From positions 806,001 through 870,000 of the forward strand of contig NIVC01000037.1 in the NCBI GenBank assembly GCA_002269645.1: DNA of 64,000 nucleotides. Reading direction: 5' to 3'. This DNA is from Macrostomum lignano (lineage: Eukaryota). Each line of letters begins with the position of its first letter. Position 1 is the stretch's first letter. The translations under genes were made by a program, and so were the position numbers. Shown piece after piece: positions 12,647 to 24,300 of this stretch. The notes beneath the pieces are model-generated. The model searched no databases. It was given only the letters and a program-made list of their open reading frames with translations, and was not told the DNA's origin.

Positions 12647-14589
12647 GTTGCGATGCACTTTGCGATGCGATTGCAAAAGAGAATTTACAAATTTCTTTAA
12701 ATTCTCTTTTTTTCAACAAAGAAACACTGTAAAAATTACGTGTACTTAATTAAAGAATGGACGAAACTTTATTAAATGTCTTTTCGAACTTCATTTATTA
12801 TTATAGTTTTTATCAAAAAGTTTGTTGGGACATTCATAGAGAAAAGATAATTTGCCATTATAATTTTCCCAAAAGTTTCTGGTCTGAAAGTAGCTATAGT
12901 CTCCACGAATTAAAGTTATAATTATGGTAAGCCAACGCCAAAATAACGGAATTTTTTAACATGGATGAGATGAAGTGGCCAGAAATTCAAGCAAATTAAT
13001 TAGGCTTATAGTTGTAGTTAGCTAGCTATAAATTTTGCAGAGTTAGCTACATTGTAGCTATATCAAAGCTTAAATCATGCAGTTCGAGATGAACTCCACT
13101 AAACTGAGGTGTCAAAGGCCACTCCGGCAAAGTGATTCACTTAGTTATAAGTGATCAAAATTTGATAAACAAATCAAAACAAATTCTTCTATAACAAGGT
13201 ATTTTCTCAAAGAAACATATTCAGTAAATTCGTTGAAGTGTACAGACATTTAGATTCTTCAAGAAATTTTAATATGCATGTTTCTTAAAGTTAATGGTAA
13301 ATTTTACTTTTTTCAAAATACGCCAAGGTGCAGCCGTCGATCTGTATGCACAGCGCACCTAATGATACTTTGAAGCAAGTCGCAGGCTCTAAACATTAAG
13401 CTTCTAGCACGCGTACCTTGTGAAGTCTGAGCTCTAGTCCTGTATACTAAAATCCATATACTAAAAAGCTGAACTAAAAAGGTAAGAAATGATACATTTC
13501 AATAAGTAGACCTACAATACAAGATCTGTCTGAGACTGTAATGAATTAAATTCTTGTGGTCGCCATTCAAATTCTCCTTCTCCGTACTGGAGTTAAGTAA
13601 AAGAAATTAAAACAAAGACGCTGCCAGGGCAATCAGGTTTAATATTTGCGAAGGTTAATATAGGTCAACTGTATTATTTTAGTGATAGCCATTCTGTTTT
13701 TAAACAGAAAATTACCTTGCCAATCTTGAGGGATATTGAACCTAAAAATATAATAATTTTCTAAAACAATTAAGTATTATTTTATTTAATTTTGTTTATT
13801 TACAATTATAGAGTTATGATCTTTTGAATTTATGTTTTCTAATTGAAATGATCTAGTGTCCAATGAATATCTCTGCTTTTCTCATGGTTGGCATTTCATG
13901 AGGATTCATTATAGGCTTATGGTTTATGTCTAAATCTTCTGGGACAATTCAAAACAATCTGCACAAAAGAAAACAATATAATTAGTTTGATTTCTTTTTT
14001 TCAATATATTAATCTTTCAACAAAAATTTTCAAATATATTTATGAAACATAAATTTTAACATATTATGTCTAAATGCATGTTAAATATATATGTATTATA
14101 TTTAGTTCCAAGCTTTCTTATATCTAAAGCTGAGTAGATGAATCAATTGATTGACTGGCTGGGTTTAACGTGTATCTCCTCCTAGATAGCTGCCAACTCA
14201 AATGCAAAATTTATATATATATCAATGCAGAATTTTCCTACGCAACAAATACACAATTTTAATGTTGAAAGTTTCAAAATTAAGTCTATAAAAACAGAAA
14301 ACACTTTTTGTAACCTTTGGCCACTTTGCTTCTCCAGTGGAAAGTTGGTGGCATGTTTGTAAAAAGAACCACCCAACCTCTGTCTGCAGGCTGCTATGTA
14401 TTGGAGGGGGTGGGTGACATGTGTTCTATGTTCAATGCAAATAACCTCCCCAGTGCATGCCGTGTTGAGGCTGCAATTAAATTTTAACGATACCCCCGAA
14501 ACAGGGGGGGGGGGTCAGGCTGAGTGTACAAAGCAATGTAGAGTATAAACAGTGGCTATAGATAGCTGCGACTGTGTTGAGAAAAGACA

Positions 14590-15450
14590 GTAGATATGAG
14601 AAAGGAGAGATTAAAGACAGCAAAGGGGAGAGAAGAGGGAGTGAGGCTGGAATGAAGAGGGAGAGAGAGGAGAAAAGATTGTAGAGGGAAGAAAAGAGAG
14701 GAGAGAGGAAAGATAAGGGAGTACAGAGGAGAGAGAAAAGAGAAAGGAAAGAAGTGAGATAAGATAGGAGATGTAGAGAGGACAGAGGAAAGATGAAAGA
14801 AAAAAGAAAAGGATAGAAAGAATATAGATATGTGACATGAGAGCAGAGAGAGACAAGAAAATAGAGAATACAGGATAGAGGAGAGAATAGATAAGAGATG
14901 ACAAATGAGAGATGAGAGATGAAAGAAAGAAACAAAAGGAGATAGGAGAGATGAGGCAAAAAGAGAGAAGCAAGAGTAGAAGGGAGAGAGGAGAGATGAG
15001 AGAGCAGAGGAGCAATACAAATATGAGAGAAGAGAGGAGAGAAAAGAGAAAGGAGAAAAGGGAAGAGATGGGATAGGGGAGAGGAAAGGGGGATAAGAGA
15101 AGAAAGGAGGGAGTAGAGCCAAAAGATGAGAGAGAAAAGATAAGAGAGTAGAGATGAGGGAGGAGAAGAGAGAAGCAAGATAAGAGGACAGAGGAGAAAA
15201 AAGGGGAGAGATTAAATAGGAGAGAGGAAAGAAGGATAAAAAAGGAGAGAGAGAGGAGGGCACCTCCAATCTCAGGCACTGACACAGTAGAAAGGACTGA
15301 AAAAAGTCAATTTAGTAGGGAGGAGAGATGAAAGAGTAGAAAAGAGAATGTAGTGAAAAGAAAGAAGAGAGTAGATATGAGAGCAAAGAAAGATGATAGA
15401 TGATAAGATTAGAAATGAGAGACCAAAGAGGAGAGAAGAGACATGAGAGA
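14590..15450. repeat. purine-rich (GA) low-complexity tract
   Basis: Almost only A/G; produces the L/S/F-rich spurious ORFs on the - strand. Confidence 0.9.
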
Positions 15451-15964
15451 GTCTCAGTCTGAATGATAGCAGTAGAGAAATGGTATTGAAGAGGTTCTAT
15501 AGAGAATTTAGAAGATGGAATTCAGGTCATGAGATTCAGCTGATGGATTTCAGGGAATGGAATTCTGGTAATGGGAGTTCTATCCCCTTTCTTCTCCTAC
15601 AGAGGAGTTGGCCTCATTATATCTAATTCCAGATATAGTATCAGTCTACTATCCATATAGTATCTTAATATTAATATGTATATATGTCTTTGTGATCTAT
15701 AATTGATTGTTTCTGCAATTTGTTATATATATACAAATCTATAGCATCTGGGTCATTCCTTATTCCTTATAAACAATATATATATTGCTTCTTTGTCCCA
15801 ATAAGAACTTTGCCATTGTTTGGTCCTAAGTCCAGAATGAGAAAAGAAAAGGGCTACCATGGTATGCAATTTGTCATTCTTGTATTAGTAGATTTTTGCT
15901 TTAATTTTAATAGGTAGGTTTTACCAAAATGCAGTTAGGATAAGGCCATTGAACACTTATTGTT

Positions 15965-17204
15965 TATGAGGGTCATCCCAAAAGTTTCAGCAAATGCCTA
16001 CTAATTTTCAACAAACCAGTGTCAGAACAATGAACAGGTCAAAAACCTTCAAAATAACTTCCATTGACTTGAATTGTGTGCTCCCAGCAGCCAGGCAACT
16101 TCTGAATGCCGTCAGCAATGCCGGATTCGCACAGGTCTTTTGCAATGCAGCCAACCTCGCTGAACAGGTCATTCAGGCAATGGAAATGACACCCTCGGAG
16201 CTGGTTCTTAAGCTTCAGAAAAGGTCGAAATCGCAGGGACTGAGGTCTGGGGAGTAAGGAGGATGAGGCAGCACCTCCCACTGGTAGTCCCGCAGTAGGT
16301 CCTGCACAATGTGGGCTGTGTGCAAACTGGCATTGTCATGCAGAAGTGGACCAAGTTCCAGGGTCTGTGGCCACCTTTTGCACAAGGCAAGCCAAAGATG
16401 GTGAATAATTAAGCTCCAATAGTACTGTTGGTTGATGTTTTGGCCCTCAGGAATGCGGTGGATGAGAATAATGCCAAAGCTGTTGTAGCATGCGATGATC
16501 ATCATCTTGTCGGCTCCCTTGGCATGCCACAGAACTGATGGTCTTGATGGCTGGGCAGAACCTTTCAACTGCCACTCGGAATTCTGGCTCTTGAGATTGG
16601 GCTCATACAAACAGATCCAAGTCTCGTCAAGCATGACAATACAGTCTAGGAAAGCCAAACCCTCTCTCCTGAACCGATGCAGAAGCTGCTGAGCAGTTGT
16701 CACCCAACATGCCTTGTCATCCGTGAGATGGTGTGGCACCCACCTGGGTGTGACCTTCTGCAGTCCAAGATCCTGGATAAGGATCTAATGCACACTCAAC
16801 GAGGGGATTCCGGACAGCTCAGCCATTTCTTTGCATGTCCAATGGCGATCAATGTTCAGCAGCCCATGTTCAATGTTCGACTCTGTGCAAGCTTCTTTTG
16901 GCCTTCCAGATCGTAGGTCATCCTCGACATCAGAGTGGCCATTCTTAAATTGACTGTACCAGTTGTACACGGCTCGCTGGCTCATCGCATTTGGCCCATG
17001 GGCCTGTAGCAACTGATGGTGAATTTGAGCTGCAGGGACACCACAAAGACATTCCATTTTAATGTATGAGTGCTGCTCCAAGTTCGACGGAAATTCCATT
17101 TTATCGTTGTCAGCCAATGTTTGATTTAGTATCTCATAAAATGTTCTTTAGAAAACAGAATTTCGCAGCTAGAATGCTAAAAACTTACTCAGACACCCAA
17201 AATA
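15965..17204 (-). mobile_element. degenerate mariner (D,D34D) DNA transposon
   Basis: N-terminal HTH part in ORF 16785-17117 (…WYSQFKNGHSDVEDDLRSGRP). Catalytic part in 16215-16739 with DETW, HDNA and HPPYSPDLSPCDFDLF; frameshifts separate these from each other and from LKNQLRG. Left end TA-tgagggtcatcccaaaagtttc at 15965; a poorly conserved inverted copy (aaaacttactcagacaccc) near 17180-17200. Confidence 0.9.
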
Positions 17205-18299
17205 TGCTCATCTTTCGTGTGGTATATGTGCTATAGTCCTATTTTTCATATTTTGGTAAGTTAGTAAGTTAGCAACCAATTTAATTTAATAGTTTTTAGC
17301 CTTATGATCTACTCTTGATATATTCCTAAGTTTTATACTTTTATTTATTATATTCTTATAAAATATATTATGGTTTTGTTAAAATGATAATGATAAAATA
17401 ATTTTGAGGAGTAAAACCTATATAAGGATTATATATCTAGAAAATTGTCTAACATTAGTCAAATATTACTTTCTATTTAAGTTAATAATAATTAAATTTG
17501 ATATTGACATAAGACAAAAATCCACTATTGTTAAATAACTAACTAGTATACTTTGATATTAGCATATAACTATATATGTAAAATGAAAGTTTGAAAATAA
17601 TTTGCGAAAGCATTTTCCAGAGTTTATAATTTGGCACTAACTGCCACTCCTATAGTCTTATCTACTGTAGAAATATATAAATGTATCCATATGCACATTG
17701 TATAGCTATATTGTAGCCTACAAATATTCCTATTGGGACCCAACTTAAAAATAAGAAAAAATGGGTCAATTTATTCTCAATTTTCATATTGTTGGGAAGT
17801 TGGTACCATTGGCTCAAATTTTAGCTAGCTAGGGACCAGTCATGAGTATGACATAAAGGCATGTGCAAAAAATCAATGATAAATGATTGTCACTAACTTT
17901 TGTCCTATGATATCCATGCAATTAAACAAATATAATTACAATACTGTATGCAGCATGGTAACTAACATTTTGAAGGCCAGTATAAAGCAATACAATTAGC
18001 TAAACCCTGTCCCTGAAGCACTGATGCTTAAGCTAAGCTGAATGGAGCCAAATTCAATTAAAGAATCTGCTGTTAGTTGCCAGAGAATTGTAATCTTTTT
18101 CTTATACTTTTAGTGCATGTCTGACCCTGTAGACTTTTAATGCTAGAAAATTCATTCAATGAATTAAAAAGGCAGGATCAAATATCAAACAACGAAAGTA
18201 GTTCGTAGCTGTGAACCAAATCCCTGCATCGTGGGATCTAAAGTATGGCCAACTACAGCACCAAATTCTTGCTCAAATTAAGCTTCGTCCGGGCTAGCA

Positions 18300-19503
18300 G
18301 CGGCAGCAGTAGCATTGGCGATGGATCGCCTTGTTGGGCTGGGGCAGCTTGGCTGCTTTGGCTGTGCTCTTGGCAATTGCACGTCCTCCAGCCTGACGCT
18401 TCAACTACCATTTGGCATCACAACATGCCGTGTAAGTGCGCTGAAGGTGGGCGAGAGGTACCTTTACATCGTTGTTTGACAGGTGTTGAATTATAACATC
18501 AAGTTTGTTGCCGTCCGCAGGCAGCCGAACTTTGTCGCCAGAGCTACGACTGGTAAACGAAGTCTCTTGCAGCTCCTCCTCACTGAAGAGTGCGAAGCGC
18601 AACAGACTTTCAAGAAGTTTAGTAGACACGTTGACGTCCTCGCAACGCTTGCATTCGTCTATTTGACTCTGAATGAACCTACAGTCCATAGATTGCACCT
18701 ACATGCATTGTGTCCGAAAAAAACGGGGCATAATAAATCTGCACATTTTTATTCTATTTTATCTTGGAAAATATATTTGACATACAAAGCATTGGAATAC
18801 TTTAATTTATGCTCCATTACCTGCATCTCCGGAAAAGCCGCAGATAGTGGGGCGAGAACGCGGTCATTGTTAGATTTCAACCGGCAGGTGATTTTTAATT
18901 GGCGACTGATGTCTAGTGGCGCAGCATTCTCGCAGTCTTCGCCGTCGTCATCGCTGCATTCATCTTTAGCCCCAGAAGTTATGGCGGCAGCGACAGACAA
19001 CAAAGCGCGTCGCTTCATCTACACAGCTTGCACTTTGGCGTCCGTCAGCTGCTCCTGAAGTCGCGAAGATGCACCTCAAAGGGCTTTTAATGCGCAATCT
19101 CGCTCTTCGAGCTGCTTCGGCGCTTTGTCCTGTTCCTGACACAGAGCCAGCGTCTCGCTCTTCTACTTTTTAAGTTGCTCGTCCTTCCTGACGCACTCTG
19201 CGCAGCTGCGCATGCACTATGCAGATGTTCCTTTAATTCCTCCGGCTCTTTACTGGCATGGCAGAGCTTCAGGTACTTCCGGGCCTGATCCATGCTGACA
19301 TAGGGGCCCTTGGCCGGATGTCGCACCGCGTTCTTTTTGTTGGTTCTGGCTACGACAACGGAAACCTCTTGCTTAATAGTCCGAAACCCGTCGTCCAGAT
19401 CGACGGCATCATGAAATACATGTTCATCGTTGACAATGGTGCACTGCTGCTTACCAATCTTAAACTGGACAATCCAGTAAGATTCTGCAACCTTAGGTGG
19501 CAT
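18300..19503 (-). pseudogene. decayed BEN-domain gene (N-terminal YWIVQF domain, coiled coil, C-terminal BEN domain)
   Basis: ATG at 19503 after a ttacag acceptor gives MPPKVAESYWIVQF. After a frameshift, a coiled-coil-like frame carries stops at 19165, 19078 and 19021. Donor CAG|gtaatg near 18820. Last exon KLLESLLRFALFSEEELQETSFTSRSSGDKVRLPADGNKLDVIIQHL…TACCDAKW*LKRQ fits the BEN pattern (LF..EEL…S..G…D..KL..I…C…), with a further stop at 18407. Confidence 0.65.
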
Positions 19504-21309
19504 CTCTGAGGCAAATGTGCTTGAAAGACTGTAACAATTGGTGTGGAAAATGTACACATTTACACATGCGGATGGATATATAGAGCTGCAGTTAATAAAA
19601 AATACGATGGCGAATATACAAATTGTCTGAAACAAAGTGTTCAAATGAAGGCAATAAAATTTACAAAATATATTCCACGAATCCAGTTGTCCTGACTCGA
19701 AAAACAACAACTCACGCAGTGAACTCGCTTTACAGAATCCTTTTAGTATTTAGCTGAAGCCGAATTGGCAATACAGATCAAAATGCCAGTTTTTATATAC
19801 AAAAGTACAAGGTGCAACGGAAAATCACTTGATTGCAAAAAGTTACAAATCGGCAAAAAAATTAAAGCAAAATCATTAAGTTGGTTACCAGTGCTGGTAA
19901 CAAAAGCGTCGTCGTTCCAAGTGGCACTTGCACGCATACGCAATTGATGCCGGATGCTCATCTGACGTCTTGCCCTGCATCTCGCCCTGCGTCTGACCAT
20001 CGGCCCGAGTCTGCGGTCGAGGCTTGTTAAGTACAGACGCGTCCGCGTAAGCAAAGAAATCGCTACGCTTATTGCCCTGTTCCAGTTGTCTAGAACGATC
20101 TGTAAATTAGCCAAGAAGATTGGGGGCTCTCTTGTCGGTATTGAATTGCTGCATAAGATGGATGCCGAAGAAACAGCACATTTTTTCAGCGGGTAAAAGA
20201 TAGGCCTATAAAGCCCTGAAAAATACACCTAATGATACACACACTGCAGTGCAAGAATATTCATTTATAACCATAAAGCGACATGCCAATATATAATAAT
20301 TAGTAACAAAATATTTGCCATAAAACCATGAAGCCTTAAGCCTTTCTGCGTAACTCAGAAATTCGTGAATCAGTGTAAATTAATTAAACCAGAGCCAGTC
20401 GATCAGGTTTTCGTCTGTGTCAATGACGATCCAGGACGCACAAAGAGCCCCGGACAATGGAGGCTGATAATTAAGCGAATGGTGGAAGAGCAAGAGCGAG
20501 AGGCCAAGACGTGGCGAAAGGGGCGGCTACGACAAAGAGGCTTCCATCCGCGAAGGCCCCTAATGCAGGGCCGCGGCGGCACGGACCGCGGCCGTTACTC
20601 CGGTGGGCTGCGGAAGCCCCGCCGATGTACAGAGTGTCGCCGCCGCCGATGCATCGTCCGCGCAAGTCCACCATCCTGCTGGAATGCGCTCCAAAAGCAA
20701 AAAGGCCAATAAAGATAGACATAGCACAGAACATGGACGTGAAAATATTTATTCTTTAGACGCTATTCCAGAGCGTGAAAATCAGGGAAATGTTGGTGGA
20801 AATCGTGCCAACACTGCGCTGAACCTCAACCGACTTTCTCAGACAAAATTTTGGTGAAAATCGGGAAAATGTCGGAAAAATTCGAGCCAAAACAACTCAG
20901 AACTTTGTCTGTGTTTCATCGACCTAACTAACGAGCGAAAGTCGGAGAAAATTCGTGTATATTTCGGTTCAATTATAAAAATCGTGTGAACATGCGGGCT
21001 GAAGTTACACAGACAGTTTGAAAAACGTCGGAGTTGGGTCTCAGCGGGTCCTCATTGTGGTAGCTAAAACTGGCTCTGATCATGTTTGATCTTTTTAATG
21101 CTTAATAAAAATTCATCTTTGAGTGACTTGGTTAAGTATGTCCTTTGTTATTAAGCTACTATACAAGTTTTTAGAATAAAAAATCTTTTTTATTATCAAA
21201 ATTAGAACAAAATTCTTAATGTCTAATTATAGAAGGTTTTAATATATTTTTTACTTAAGAAAATATGACAACAAAGCATAAGCATGGGCTACTTTCAGAC
21301 AGACAAACA

Positions 21310-24300
21310 ATGGACAAAGAGATCAAACGAATTTCATCGGAGTCTACTCATCAGATTTGCTCCGCCCAGGTGATCACTTCATGCGAGAGCGTTATCAAAG
21401 AGCTCATTGAGAATAGTCTGGATTCTGGAACAACTAATATAGGTATTGATGGGCATATTGCTCTTCTTACTACTATAAGTAACATTAGCTATTTTTTAAT
21501 AAAATTAAATAAACCATTCTGCCACTTGTTAAAGAGATTCGACTGCAGAACTATGGCTTGGATCTGATCGAAGTGATTGACAATGGCGGCGGCATCGCCT
21601 CCAGCGACTTTGACGGGATCAGTGAGTGGCTCGCTTGCCAGGTTTCCTGCGTGTGATCCGAATTATGGACCTATAATTCGTGGTCTAAAAACACCAAGGA
21701 CCAAGTAGATTGGGGTGTAGCATGAGGACCACTGAAGGACCAAGTAGATTGGGGTGTAGCATGAGGACCACCGAAGGACCAAGTAGATTATGGTGTAGCA
21801 TGAGGACCACCGAAGGACCAAGTAGATTGGGGTGTAGCATGAGGACCACCGAAGGACCAAGTAGATTGGGGTGTAGCATGAGGACCACCGAAGGACCAAG
21901 TGACCTTAATGCGCAGAGCAGTCCGATTTAATTAGTTTTAAAATCGCTTTCCTCAGCCCTGAAGCACCACACCTCTAAGCTGAGACAGTTCGACGGCCTG
22001 CTGTCCGTCAAAACGTTTGGCTTTCGCGGCGAAGCTCTCAGCTCTCTGTGCGCTGTCAGGTAAGTGGGCCAGCATTCTGAAGCGTCTATGGCAATTTTAG
22101 CGCGATTCCATTACTGTTGATAAAAAAGTTGCTATGCCATTCTGTCCCTGCCACACGCAGCGAGCTGTCTATTCACACGTACAGCACTAGCGATCCGACT
22201 GGCACTGTGCTAAGCTACGACCATGCTGGCTGCGTTCAATCGCAATTGGCCAAGCCTAGGCAGGTGAGAACGGCTTGATTGAGGTTTTAAGCGGGACTGA
22301 ACTAAGATTTGTGATCGGGATCCACTGGGTCTGTACTGGGATTCACTGAGTCTAAACTGGGAAGGTATTCACTGATTCTGAACTGGGACTCGCTGATTCT
22401 GAACTGGGAAGAGATTCACTGAGTCTGAACTGGGATTCACTGAGTCTGAACTGGGATTCACTGAGTCTGAACTGGGATTCACTGAATCTGAACTGGGACT
22501 CACTGATTCTGAAGCGGGATTCACTGAGTCTGAACTGGGATTCACTGAGTCTCAATTGGGATTCACTGATTCTGAACTGGGACTCACTGATTCTGAAGTG
22601 GGATTCACTGAGTCTGAACTGGGATTCACTGAGTCTCAATTGGGATTCACTGATTCTGAACTGGGACTCACTGATTCTGAAGCGGGATTCACTGATTCTG
22701 AACTGGGATTCACTGATTCTTAAGCGGGATTCACTGATTCTGAACTGGGATCCACTGAAATTGAACTAGGATTCACTGAATCTGAACTGGGCTCACTGAA
22801 TCTGAGCTGGGATTCACTGAATCTGAACTGGCATCCACTGGATTTAGACTGGGGGTTCATGAATCGGAATGCAGAGATTCTGAAATGAAATGGACGGATT
22901 GTGGTGTGGAATTCAGGGATTTTAAACAGGGGTACACAGATTCAGAACTGGGATTCGGGAACGTCCAACCAGGATCCGGAGATTTAGACGGAGGACTAGG
23001 ATTATGAATTTGGATTTAAGGATAAAATTACTTTCTTACCAGCCCATCAATCTCAAAACCCAGCCAGGAACAACGGTGTCAGCCAGAAATCTGTTTCGCC
23101 AATTTCCTGTCCGACTAAAAGAGATGCAAAAGACTGGCCAACGAGAGCTGAAAGCTTGCGCTCGCTGCGTCACCGCCTACGCTCTGGCGCACACGGGGAT
23201 CAAGTTCTGCCTCAGTCACCAGCCTAGCCAATCAGGGTGAGTGCGGAATGCGGATCTTGGACGCGAAACTTCGTTTCTTAGAATTTTCGTTTCTTAGATC
23301 GATGCTCATTTTTGCAACATGCCATGTCTGTTTTATTGCTTCATAGATGCCTTCACAGCTTTCTTTCTAAAAATATTAAGAGAGCCATATATGGACTTCT
23401 AAATTTAAAATGATGCGGCCTGCTTTTTATTTAGTTTCTTCTTGAATCAAGCGAGCAGAGCAGCTCAGCGGTGAACGCGTCTGATTCTCGCGCCGCGACC
23501 CCTGGTTCGATTCCGTGCGCGGCCGCATTCATTTGGGGCTTGTGTGCACAAAAATTGGCCGGCGAATTGTCGTGCGATTCACAGCCATGACTGAGCCAAC
23601 CCCCAAGAACTATTAGAAAGTCAGGGCCGCTGTGCACCCGTGTGAGCGTGTGTGTGAGTGCCTGCCTGTACTAGAAAAACTAGATAGGCCACTCAGCACA
23701 TTTGCGTGTAAGCTACTTTCAGTTCAGTAGTAAGTTAAACAATTTTTTTAATGTATTTTAAAGCCAAGGCTCATTTATTAGCTCTTACCCCCCCAGCTTA
23801 AACCCTCAAAGCGCGCCTTTCCACACTAACCCCCGCCCCGCCCCAATTTTTATTGCCTCTCGGAATTCCAGACTAAGCTGCCATGTACATTTCAGTGGAC
23901 TGGTTAATGTACATTATGGCTGAACCAATTAGAAGTTGTTTAACGCCTGCTAGCCTGAGCTTCTAAACTTATCAAAGTCATTTCAGCTGCCTTAATTTTT
24001 ATAAAATAGCTTATGTATTCTTCTTTGCTACTGAACTGAAAGTAGAAAGCTGTTTTACTAAGTATATATGCCCATCTAGTCATTTTAGTATCCGTGATCA
24101 TCAACTAGTGGTGTATTCTTCTGTCTAATCATTGTCACCTATGCACTAACTACAATTATTTGGCAAAGATTGAGCCTTTTAAAAGGCATTATGCCAATCG
24201 GACTACGTGATTGTTTACGTTAATCATGAAATTTGTTAACTTAAACAAATTTCTTACAGCAAGCGAACCGTGGCACTGAAGACAAGCGGCTGCAGCTCTT

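Noticed and set aside
14477-15285. Three long hydrophobic ORFs suggesting membrane proteins
   Set aside because: All frames are open only because the strand is a CT-rich low-complexity tract.
21265-21309. Upstream ATG for PMS2 given by the ORF track
   Set aside because: It lies before a strong acceptor (ctactttcag at 21298) in AT-rich intron-like sequence; ATG 21310 fits MutL N-termini better.
23451-23530. tRNA-like sequence
   Set aside because: It has A/B boxes but no complete cloverleaf and continues into a tail shared with other copies, so it is a SINE head.
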